DNA of 63,429 bases, filler included, from Licmophora abbreviata (Eukaryota), in assembly GCA_900291995.1 (NCBI GenBank). It is 17 parts of 17 records of this genome, joined end to end, with 100 filler letters (N's around TTAATTAATTAA, not from the genome) between each part and the next. Parts side by side here need not be neighbours in the genome. Positions count along the whole stretch, not along the records: positions 35,317 to 38,649 come from OLMU01005698.1; positions 38,750 to 41,699 come from OLMU01005699.1; positions 41,800 to 44,108 come from OLMU01005700.1; positions 44,209 to 45,214 come from OLMU01005701.1; positions 45,315 to 46,675 come from OLMU01005702.1; 12 more parts are not named here. One strand, 5' to 3'. This document shows positions 35,317 through 46,230 of this stretch, in pieces; within the stretch, counting starts at the first letter, position 1, and every line of letters starts with the position of its first letter. The notes below the pieces were generated by a model that worked only from the letters and a program-made list of their open reading frames with translations, had not been told where the DNA came from and searched no databases. A program made the position numbers and the translations under genes.

Positions 35317-38300
35317 CCCACAGACTCGGCCACCCTCCTAACTCCGTATTTCTCACGATTGTTGATGACCCACATAAAGGTGCCGTTGAAGGATACAACC
35401 GGGTGAATTTTGCCCTCCCAAATGGCTTTCCGTTCTTGGGTCTTGGTCGCCTTACGACGGATGACCTTGTACGAATCCCCGACCAGTTTCTGCACTCGGC
35501 CATCTTGAATGTCCACCACTGCACCCGTGCCGCCTTCTTGAAGGAGAGCACTCATATTCTCCAACAATTCCTTGGTCTCTGCTTCGATCGTTTCATTCAC
35601 AACGTTGTCCAACCCCCCTAAAATGTCCTCGGCCCTGACATGTGGAATCGGAAATGGAATGCCCGTGATGAGTCGCCCCGCTACAACCGCCGCCTGCAGC
35701 ACAAACAAACACATTTTCACATAGGGCAGAATCTTGCGGAGTTCCGGTCCATCCAGAGTGATTTGAATCGGCTCGTCCAGAAATGCAAAAGAGTCCTCGC
35801 ACACAAAGTACAAGTTCCATTCTGTTTTCGAAAGCTTCCTGGCTTGTCTCTTGACAGATGAGAAGATTCCTTTAGCACCCGCTCGTCCAGACTTTTTCTC
35901 GTCGGGCACGGGTTCCAAATACACAAGTGTCGGACAGGAATCACCCACCGATTTCGATATCTCCCCGAGCGCAAACAGTGATCTCGAGACGCCATCCGTC
36001 AGTCTGGACATTTCTTGTTGCAGTTCCTGAGTCTGCTCCTCGTTCTTCTTCACACTGCGTAAAATCTCATGAAGAAGATCTGTATCGTGAATCAGGGATG
36101 TCTGAAGATCGAGACCTTTCATCGCCTGCATGAGCTCGGCGAGAGTGTAGAGCACATCACGTTGGAAATCACCACCCTGTACCGAGGCTACTTGGCAATC
36201 GCGGAGTCTCTGGAGTCTCTCAATGTCAGCGCTAGCATCGTCAATGCGATCCAAGATCTTCTCTTGAACATCTTCATCCTGAATAGCCTCCACGACGTTT
36301 CCAATTTTTTTGATAGAGCTGTCCATGTCATCCAGTCGACCCAACAACGTTTCGACAAAGCCACTATCCTTACCAAGGGATATCTTTTGATTGAGGTCTA
36401 CCAGCTGAAGAGTAGACTTCTTCACAGTCTCCAGAATGAGACGATCAGTATCGTCGATAGTGGAAGCAGAAAGATCCAGAGATTTTATCGCGGTCATGGT
36501 CTCGTTTAGTTTTTGCAGTATCACACGGCGCATTTCAGCATCTTCCATGGATGCCTGGCCTTCCGCAAGTCTCTTCATGCCTCCACGTATCTCCCCGATT
36601 TTCTCCAGAACATCTTGTGGCATATGATTGGGCTGGAGCGATCTTATGGCTTCCTCGATCTTTTGCACAGAGCGACCAACAGCATCGCGCTGACCGCCCA
36701 ACAAGTCCTGTAGTTCGTCGCGGTGTTGCTCGTTGGACATGTCTCGATCGATCTTCTCCAATGTCTGTGCACTCTGGGTGACTGTTTCCAGAACACGAGT
36801 GACTGTTTCCAGAACACGACGCACGTCCTGCTCGTCCAGCATTCGCACTGTGAGCTCTTCCATCGACAGGCCGATCTTTTCCAACTGACTCAAGGACTGG
36901 TGCCCAGGCAAGTCCACGGAAGCCAGTGCCTCTTCGACACGCGTCAGAGTGTCTCTGTCATTTTGGTGGTTACGACAGATTTCATCGGCGTTCGCCGATA
37001 TTCCGTCAAGACGGCCCAGCACTTCCGAGCGGAACATTGCCAACTTCTCATCGCTTCTATCGATATGAGTCTCGACATTGGAATTGAGACAGTCCAGTTT
37101 CGAATTGGTCTGGTCAAACTGGAGCATGATTTCCTCTTGAGACCGAGAAGCTTCCGGGTCCATCGTGTCAGAGAGCATCCGCTCCAGTCGTCGGACAACT
37201 TCCAATGCCGTCGGACGGTCCGCCTTTCCATCTAAACCCAGCCTATCACTCATGCATTCCATGGCCAGTCGGCAGAACTGTTTCATGGTTTTATCGAAAG
37301 CGGGGTTAGAAACCGCAGGATCCAGGTCGTCTTCCAACGTACGCGGAGAGGTGATACCAGTCTTGATGTACTTGGCATAAAATACGCGGGCGTCGCCACG
37401 GCCTCCCTTAGACCGAACGAACCTTGGCCGACTATGCTGGGAGTCGCATGCGTGGCAGGACAGCGTTCCCGTGAAGAGTTCCGCCAAAATGACTCCCAGT
37501 GAGAAAATATCACATTCGGGTCCATACGGATAATTGGTAGGGTCATCAAATTTATTGGGACAACGGTATCCCTTCGTACCAAAACCACCCCCGTCCAACG
37601 ATGGGATAAAGGCGCTGGCAGGATATGAGGCAAAAACACGGTTGTTGTCCGGGACTAGTTTGGCCAGGCCGCAGTCAATAACCTTGGCCGTGGAATATTG
37701 GTCGAGGCAGACATTGGCCGATTTGAGATCGCGATGCAGCATGATGCCGTGGTAGGTTCCTTTGTCATCACGTTTGGGGCAATGGAAGAAGTGGAGTGCA
37801 CGGGCAATGTCGAGAGCTATGCTCAATCGCCTCTTGAAGTTCAGATACTTGCGCCCTTCTTCGGTATACAAAATGTCGGCCAAGGATCCTTGTGATAGGT
37901 ATTCGTAGAGGAGATAATGTGGTCCCTGCGCGGTGGGTGCGATATGGAATCCAAAAAGAAGCGCCAGATTGGGATGGCGGAAACGTTGTAGTACCTAAGA
38001 GTATACGAGTATTGTTGAACGTGGTGTATGGGGAAGACAGAAAGCATCGTGTTGTGAGCAGCAGCAGCAGCAGCAAGTCACCTGACAGACAATGCTTTCT
38101 ATTCATACATCTGTAAAGGCAGCACAGAACTTACCTCCACTTCGGCACGAAAGGTCCTCCGACACACTTCAATAAATTCCAGGGGTAAACCAGGAGCTTG
38201 GACCTCGGTAGATTTGAGGGCAAAGCGACGATTTAAAACGACATCATTGACCCTCGACACACTCCCGAAAGCCCCTTTTCCCAGCTCCTGATCGAAAGTA

Positions 38301-39030
38301 AGCGACTCAAAGTAAGCCACTGGCACATTCCCTGCCACATTCGAAAGAGGGCTGACAAGGACTTTGCGAATGGTCTCACGTCCGCGTTGAATGTCGACTT
38401 CCTCCGCAGCAAGTTTTTCAGCATTGCGCTTTTCGTGCTCCAAGAACTGCTCTCGCACAAGCTCGGGTGCTTCCAACATTTGAACAATCTTGGTATGACC
38501 ATTCTTTCGAGCCGTACTCAACGGAGTGCTACCATCTGATTCGAATGTCGTATTCGCCCTGGCTCCGTGCTGAAGTAGGAATTCTACCACGTCAATGTGT
38601 CCTTGCGCCGCAATGTAAAGAGGTGTCGTTCCATTCTTATTAGGTTGGTNNNNNNNNNNNNNNNNNNNNNNNNNNNNNNNNNNNNNNNNNNNNTTAATTA
38701 ATTAANNNNNNNNNNNNNNNNNNNNNNNNNNNNNNNNNNNNNNNNNNNNATCAATGTGTCCCTTTTCCGCCGCCATGAAAAGAGGTGTCCATCCATCCTT
38801 TCTAGCTTGGTCCTTGTCGGCCCCCTCTCCACCAAAACCTTCACCACGTCAATGTGTCTATTTTGCGCCGCAACGTAAAGAGGAGTCATTCCCCATTTGT
38901 CATCCTGCGCATTAATATTAATATCCGTGCCCTTGCTGACAAGCTTGCGCACGGTGGATAAATAGCCATTCCGGCAAGCGTTCCAAAGCTCCGTTTCCTT
39001 TTCCTTTTGGCTCTTTTCGCTGGAAGACAT
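35317..39030 (-). CDS. Ankyrin repeats + IRAK/Pelle-like protein kinase + coiled coil + C-terminal Roco/NLR-associated-like domain; spans spacer at 38650; intron 37995-38134; 3' end in gap
   Basis: ANK: GMTPLYVAAQNRHIDVVKVLV, GWTPLFMAAEKGHID (after a homopolymer shift), GSTPLSTARKNGH. Kinase: LGKGAFG, FALK, FRHPNL, LLYEYLSQGSLAD, RLSIALDIARALHFFH, HRDLKSANV, DCGLAK, GTKGY, DIFSLGVIL. Confidence 0.85.
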
Positions 39031-39539
39031 GCTGTTGGAGCAGAGTGCTGATACAGAAATTAGATCGAAGTGAAAGAATCCAAGGAAAGTGAAAGAAAAA
39101 AAATGTGTTGTTCCATCCATCCATCCATCCATTCGGAACGCAGTTGCTCGTACAATAGTACGTCAAAGCATACTATCATAATTCCTACTCGTACGTGTGT
39201 ACGTGGCGCGACGACGGGCCGGCGTGAAACGCGACTAAAAGCTCGACTAGATCGCGGATCGCGCGGGGCATTTTCAATTTCACTCGATCGTTACAGTCAC
39301 TGTTCGTTTGTGACAATGACGAGTTGATCGTCGAACGACAAACGAGGCGGAAACAAAAGGAATGGCTCTCTTTCTTGGACTTGGACTTCGTTGGGTCTCG
39401 AATAACGAGCAAACAGTACAATCAACTCGTCCTGTCTCACCAGCGGAAGCTTCCTCCCGTCACGAGACCCCTCCGGGTACCGAGTCATATGCGCGTTGTC
39501 AGTTGACGAGGTCAGGGCGACGACAACACCTTCCGGCAC

Positions 39540-39965
39540 AATGGTATGGAACTTACTCACTTCCCTCCGTAGATGAGGACGAAAACGAGAATGCCGATGA
39601 CTTCTTCGGCGCCTCGGTCTCCTTGTCATCTGATGGAACCGTATTGGCTGGCCTTGGGTGCGTACTCGAAGGATGATAATGGAGTTGATTCCAGTCTTGT
39701 GCGGGTTTTCCGGTTGAGCGAATCAATTTGGCTCCCCCTAGGCCAGACACTTTTCGGGGAGAATGCATTTAATCGGTTTTGGTGGTTCCGTTTCCTTGTC
39801 GGCTGACGGCACCAGGTTGGCCGTGAGAGTAGAATGGAATGATGACAATGGAGCTGATTCTGGTCATGTACGCGTCTTCCAGTTGGTCAACGGTGCGTGG
39901 GCGCAAGTTGTTTGTGCCCTTCCCGGCAAGCAAGGGCAGTTCGGATCGCTTTGGCACTTCATTGC
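39540..39965 (+). pseudogene. Fragment of FG-GAP-like beta-propeller repeats, frameshifted
   Basis: Two repeats, ENADDFFGASVSLSSDGTVLA..GAY..DDNG....VRVF and GENAFNRFGGSVSLSADGTRLAV...NDDNGADSGHVRVFQL..GAWAQV, split over three frames with no clear start. Confidence 0.65.
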
Positions 39966-40394
39966 TTAGCCCTGTCGTCTGATGGATGTGTGACTTCTTG
40001 AGAGCCTGTCAACCCCTCCTCGCTGCCCTCTTGGCGAATCGAGAAGGGCGTGCGAGGTGCCATGCAATTGTGTCGGATTTGCACTACAATATCTGCATGT
40101 TAGTGGCTGAAAAGCACCGGTCAGTATTTGGTAAGCTTGATCCGCCGGCCGCGTTCGGAAAGAGAGAGTTTGATTGCGGCAGCCTATCACTTGATACTAG
40201 GAAAACACTGGAATCGATATCAATCCGACCTGGCTATCGAAGTCAAGCCGATGGCATGATGCGTTACATACAGACAATTTAGCAAGAATCATATTTTACA
40301 CTTACAAATCGAGCAGCATAATAGTACTGTACAAGCGCCACTGTACTCGATCCGATGAATTCCTTGTTCGGTGTGCTTCATAACGACCGAGAGT

Positions 40395-41572
40395 CTACCC
40401 CGCAAAGACATCCGACAGGCATCCTCCGCAGCAGTCATCACATCCATCACAAACGCAGCAATCATTGCATTCTCCGCCACCACCAGTGCCCGCGACTGCA
40501 GCTCCCACAACTGCCAATCCCAGAATCGCTCCCAGATCAAACGTGTCGTCCCTATACATCATGCCAGCTTCCTTGGCTTGTTTCGAAGAGTACTCTACAC
40601 ATACGGCAGCGCCACGACACTGCCTCCGTGGCAGCAATCCATCAGAACAAATACGTGTGTGTCATTGGGCATGGCACAGATGAGGTTAGTATACAAATCT
40701 TCTGGAGTTATGACACCCTTGGCAGCGTAGTCGCTCGGCAAGAGGACTTGATCGCCGAACTTTGACTTCTTTACGTCAGCCTTGCGTGATAGCCGTCGTA
40801 CACTGTGTCCTGTTCACGAGTAGGAGAGGAAGCGGAGCATTCGACTGGTTGAACACAAGTGAAAAGCCCTCGTCCCCTGCGAATACCGGCACCGTATGGA
40901 GCTACCAACACACCCGCAGACACCACACTACGCACCACAAAACTGTACAAAGGCTGAGTCTCCTGGTTTGCTCTTCTGCACCAACTGCCGAAACGACGCA
41001 AGTATATTATACCGAGACGGAAAAAAGGATGATGTCGGACTGTCGATGAGCGTGGTGATACTGTCTGCATTGAATGAATAGTCGCGAGTCAATACTTGTT
41101 TGGACATGGATACAGCCTCATGACATGGCTTCATGTAATTCTGGTCATACTGAATGCCAATCAAGACGGCGCGTCGGATGGGTCTGAAAGACTGAGAAGT
41201 CTTTTTCGTCGCAGCGGGAGAAATGCAAACGCGAGCGTTCTTCACATTCACACGTCGCGATGAAGATAGCTGTGGAAGATCTCCTGAGTCTAGTAGTAGA
41301 CCCTGCTGCAGACTGTCGAGAAGATCGTCGTAGGTTACCCCGTCCGAGCTACTTTCCGACCGTTGTCGCATCTTGAGAGCCGCCCAGAACTCCTTCGAGA
41401 GCCTTCCACCCGTCCTGCCTCGTGAGGAAGGTAGCGTGAGTTCATTTTTGTCAGTCGACGCAGCAGACTGTTTCAAAGGTGACAAAGTAGCCGGCGCAGA
41501 GGCCGCGGACACCATTCGAATCTCGGCCGGCACGGCTTTTTGAATCTTTTTCGGGTCGTCTTCGGTCTTCAT
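40395..41572 (-). CDS. Divergent type III metacaspase; intron 40810-40935; in-frame stop at 40595-40597 followed by an out-of-frame Cys-rich tail to 40395
   Basis: [47 protein letters not shown] (GTGCGT...CAG splice); VLLPSDY; VLMDCCHGGSVVALPYV. Confidence 0.85.
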
Positions 41573-42002
41573 GGTGATTGAGCGAACGACAGAATTGGGG
41601 GTGGACCTATCAGCCTTTCAAGAGCCAGAGCAGTGACGCGAACGAGGACGAGCACACCGACAGCGACACTGATCAGCCACGGCGATGATGAGTTCAACCN
41701 NNNNNNNNNNNNNNNNNNNNNNNNNNNNNNNNNNNNNNNNNNNTTAATTAATTAANNNNNNNNNNNNNNNNNNNNNNNNNNNNNNNNNNNNNNNNNNNNA
41801 CGTGTCCACGTGAGACAGACAGACAGACAGACTTTGACCCATCGAAGGATCGCGAAGGCCACGATGACACGGCCAACACTAAAAAAACCGCGGTGGTGTC
41901 ACTGCCACACCACCCCTCTCCACATCATGTCGCCATGTGACCGACCCTCAGTTTAGTACACCAGTTTGAAGGCTCTGTGATTGCTCTCTCCTTCGGTTTT
42001 CC

Positions 42003-43753
42003 ATGTCACTTAGTTTGGGCCCAATACGGAAAGCTGGCGCTCATTGGAGGCCGCATCAGTCGCCATGCCGGCGACGTTTCTTTTGCAACGACGTCTTTCT
42101 CCGCAACCAGAGAAGCATCGAGGCCTTGGCGGCGTCCGTGTCCCCTCGCGTCCTCGACTTGGTCCAGACAGCCTTCAGAGAGAAGCGGGAAGAACAGTCC
42201 CTTTTGTCGTCGTCCAGCACGTCATCCTGCCAGTCGCCTGCTACTACTGGTACCGGTACGCCCACGGTGCCCACTACAAAGGTGTTTTCGAATAGAGAGC
42301 TTGATATGGGCAAGATTTCGGCCATTGGCTTTGATTATGACTACACATTGGCGTCGTATAAGACTGCTTTGCAGCATTTGATTTACGATGAAGCGAAACA
42401 GCATCTGGTGCTGGAGGGTGGCTATCCCGAACAGCTGTCGGATCTCGTTTTTGAAAAGGACTTTGCCGTACGAGGACTCACGTTTGACCGAAGGACGGGC
42501 ATGCTGTACGTACCAGGTAGACTATCGCGTGGGATGCCGATTGTGAGGATCATACTCAATGCAGGAGACCCTCCTTCTTTCGCACTTCCTCCATCTTTTT
42601 GTTGTATTCGTATAGATTGAAACTAAGCTTCTTTCAGCGGGTCACCATCGGACGAGCTTACATGGGAAGACGTCGGGTGTCACAGTCCGAGCTAGTGCAA
42701 GCCTACGGTACCAACCTGCACATGTTGCGTCACTATATGGAAACCCACTGCGTTTGGGTCAATGACTTGTTTTCCCTATCAGAGGCCTGTCTCTTGTCGG
42801 ATGTGGTTCAATTGGCGCTCGACGAGGGCATTGACTTTGATCCGTTTGCTTTGCAACAGGACGTACAAAGGGCAATTTCTCACGTCCATGTGTCGGGGAT
42901 TATGCGAAACGCAGTCGCTAGGAACCCAGCCTCCTTTTTACATGCCAATCTGGAGCTCAAGCCACTGTTGCAACGCTGGCGAGATGCGGGAAAGCAGCTT
43001 TTTCTACTGACCAACTCTTCGTTTCCATTTGTTCATGCTGGAATGAGTTACATTGTCAACGACGAGGAATGGCGCGACTTGTTTCACATTGTCATCACGG
43101 CGGCGAATAAGCCAAGGTTTTTTACGCAAGATACGCCATTTCGATGTTTGAGCCGAAAGGAGGAATCAGCCTTTGCCATGTGGCATCCCGTGACTGAAGC
43201 TGACTTGGACCACGTTCTGGTGGGTGGGAGCGTAGAGAGGCTGTCGAACCTGGCAGGCTGGACAGATCGGAACGTCCTCTACTTTGGAGATCATCTGCAC
43301 TCGGATCTAGTCGAGCCACGGCGAACAAGAGGCTGGTATACTGGAGCGATCATTCGTGAACTCGAAAGTGAATTCCAGGTACAACAGAAACACGAGTACA
43401 AGGAGTTCTTGTCGACGGTGTTTCGACTGGAAGCCCTCTTGAATGACATTCAATCCGACTTTGGTGGTGGCAACCAAGAGGCGCTCCAGGAACTACTGGA
43501 TGCTCTCGAGACGACGAGGATGGAGTTGTATGCACAAACGGGTGATTTGTTCAATCGACACTTTGGTTCCATCTTTCGCTCACTCGGAGATCCTTCGGCT
43601 TACTCACTGGCGCTGTTCAAGGGATGTGACATTTACACGACGCGTATCGAAAGTTTCTCGCACTACAGGCCCAGCCATCGATTCTATCCCAGCCATACGG
43701 ACCATTTACCGCACGAAAAGCTGTACACTACGACACCTCTGGAGGCAGCTTGA
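42003..43753 (+). CDS. HAD-superfamily 5'-nucleotidase (cN-II/NT5DC family); intron 42506-42615
   Basis: VFSNRELDM..I.AIGFDYDYTLASY, FAVRGLTFD, DLFSLSE, LFLLTNS, ANKPRFF, VLYFGDHLHSDL, GWYTGAIIRELE, FNRHFGSIFRS. Confidence 0.93.
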
Positions 43754-44208
43754 TAGCTATCTTGAAGCTAGCTCTGCTCTTGATGAGGATAAAGACATGG
43801 CTTGAGTGGCTTTCGACAATCGAAGGAAAAATGTGGAGCTAACGCAGAGACGAACCAAAATGCCTCCGAAGTCACTGATAGCATCAATGAATTCATCAGC
43901 GCCCCAGGCCAAATGTGGTCTCAGTTCGAGCCGCTGAAGAGACTCCGCGATGGCACGCCATATCATTTGCTGATGATCTCCGAAAAGCTTCAAATGCTTG
44001 AATTCCTGTTGGACGAGTTGCTTGCGGTCTCGCTTCGGCGGACCATGACCGAGTGCTTTCCTTTCCCATACGGATCGCTCCCATCGAAAGAAGAATTCGA
44101 GAATCTGGNNNNNNNNNNNNNNNNNNNNNNNNNNNNNNNNNNNNNNNNNNNNTTAATTAATTAANNNNNNNNNNNNNNNNNNNNNNNNNNNNNNNNNNNN
44201 NNNNNNNN

Positions 44209-45539
44209 ATTATGATAACAATATTCGCCTCAATCACGGTGATTACGTGAGCGATGAGTGGCTGGAGGAATTTGGCATGACTGTCGTCGGAGATTCACCG
44301 AACGACGGATACACTCAGGATGGCAAAATTCGTATCTTTGATACTTCACTGTACGATACATTAGATGCAGATCTCGGAAGTCCAAATCAGAGATGTCCTG
44401 GAGGAGGCCCAGGTGTTGGTTCCGGTGGGGTACCCGGCTCGCCTGGCGCTAATTGCGTTCCTCAAGGGAACGTGCTCATCATCCAGGAACCTGACAAAGA
44501 AGAGACGGATGACAACGCCTATGGTGGAACCTTTACATTCACGTTTGGTCATCCGGGAAAGCATGTATCTCGGATTGGTTTCATAGATCTAGAAATAGAT
44601 CAGGGGACGTATCTGTTCCTGTTGCCGTCGACCGGGGGCCCTCCTAGAACGATCTACGTTGATGGCCTAGGGGACAACTCCATTCAGGACGAGCTTATCG
44701 ACCAAGCAAATGTTACAAGGATTGCTGTTTTTGCCACGGGATCGTGTGGAATAAGCAAAATTTGTTTTTGTGTGGACAGCAACGAGAGCGTGCTGCCTGA
44801 GATTACCAGTTTCACCTTGATCGATGCAGAGACGAAGGAAGACTTATCTTTGGTTGACGACGGAGGCAGCCTTGATCTAGCTGGTCTACCTGACATCGCA
44901 ATACGCGCCGATACGACAGGAGCGGTAGGAAATGTCCAGCTCTTTGTTGACAATGAAAGTGTTGGAGTACAGAGCGCTTTCCCGTACGTTTTTACGCTGG
45001 AGCTGACAAGAGCAGGGCCTCTCCGGTTGACTGCAGAGCTCTACGAAGACACGGATGGCAGAGGAGCTGCTCTGAGTAGTCTGTCCGTATGGTGTACAGT
45101 TTTAGATGCTGAAGATTCATCATCGAGCCCTTCAGAGCAGCACAGTGTCGCTCCATCCGTCAGTTTGAGTTCATGGCCGTCAGCGGCGTCTGCTTTACCT
45201 ACGTCGTTGCCGACNNNNNNNNNNNNNNNNNNNNNNNNNNNNNNNNNNNNNNNNNNNNTTAATTAATTAANNNNNNNNNNNNNNNNNNNNNNNNNNNNNN
45301 NNNNNNNNNNNNNNACCGGTACAACGCAGGCAGAGGCATTTGACTCGTTTCAGAGGGACGTGAGCGAGATCTACCATTTCATCCAAGTAAGCGGGAGGCG
45401 AATGCGCTCAAACTACGAAACGGAGACTGACAATGGAAGAATTGCTACAAAACAAGAAGAATGGAGAATAGAAATTGATCGACTACTGGATAGAACCAGA
45501 GGAAGAAAGCCGGGGAGATCAAGGGAAGGCAGTGTGTAA
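44209..45539 (+). CDS. Secreted multidomain protein, paralogue 1 (partial): Cys/Gly-rich domain, Ig-like domain, gap, C-terminus of a DUF922-like domain
   Basis: RLNHGDYVSDEWL, DLGSPN.RCPGGGPGVG, GNVLIIQE, DDNAYGG, FTLIDAET. After the spacer, 45315-45539 reads TGTTQAEAFDSFQRDVSEIY...NYETETDNGRIATKQEEWRIEIDRLL...* (not in ORF track). Confidence 0.75.
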
Positions 45540-46230
45540 AAGTGTAATCCTAAAGGTGATTAAATATCGACATGATACGTGCGAGGAGAACTTGCACTTC
45601 ATGTTGAAAACAGTGTATTCCCATGCGGCAAGAATAGGGGCCGACATTGGCTCTCTTCAACACTCCTCAATAGTATGCCGAGTCTACTCGTTTAGCCGCC
45701 AGAGTCTCCAGATCATCGTGGCTTTACCAGGGTACCTGGTGGCGGCGCGATTGTGATGATCGTAACCGGAGATGTAATCACGAATGTGGTTTTGATTGTC
45801 CCTTCCGTAGACAGCACGTAGCTCCTGTAGTGCAATGGGTCAATACAAAACTTTAGAGTGACCAGTTTCCCTCCGAAACGCATGTCCGCTGCCCGTCCGA
45901 AAATCAAGAAAATTGAATCCAACCAATCAATCACGCATCGCAGGAATTCACGATCACGACGACCATGGCAGAGGACCGGCCTTTCAGGGGCAACCCGAAT
46001 AGGAGTTCTGACCAAACCAGTGGTGGCAAGTATCAAGAGTGTTGGATATTTTGTCGACCGGGAGGAACTTAGAAGAAAGCCATGCTCTCCAGACAGAAAA
46101 ACTCCAAAGTCTGGCGCGGCATAAGCTGCGCTACACTACCATCCGGAATGCGTGAGGCGCAATCAGTGATTCGAATCCCCAATGAAAGTTTACAAATTTT
46201 CCTCTCCGAACCCGATTCATGACAAGGATC

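Noticed and set aside
43802..44108. ORF fragment before the spacer considered as the 5' end of secreted paralogue 1
   Set aside because: No signal peptide and no similarity to the first exons of paralogues 2 and 3.
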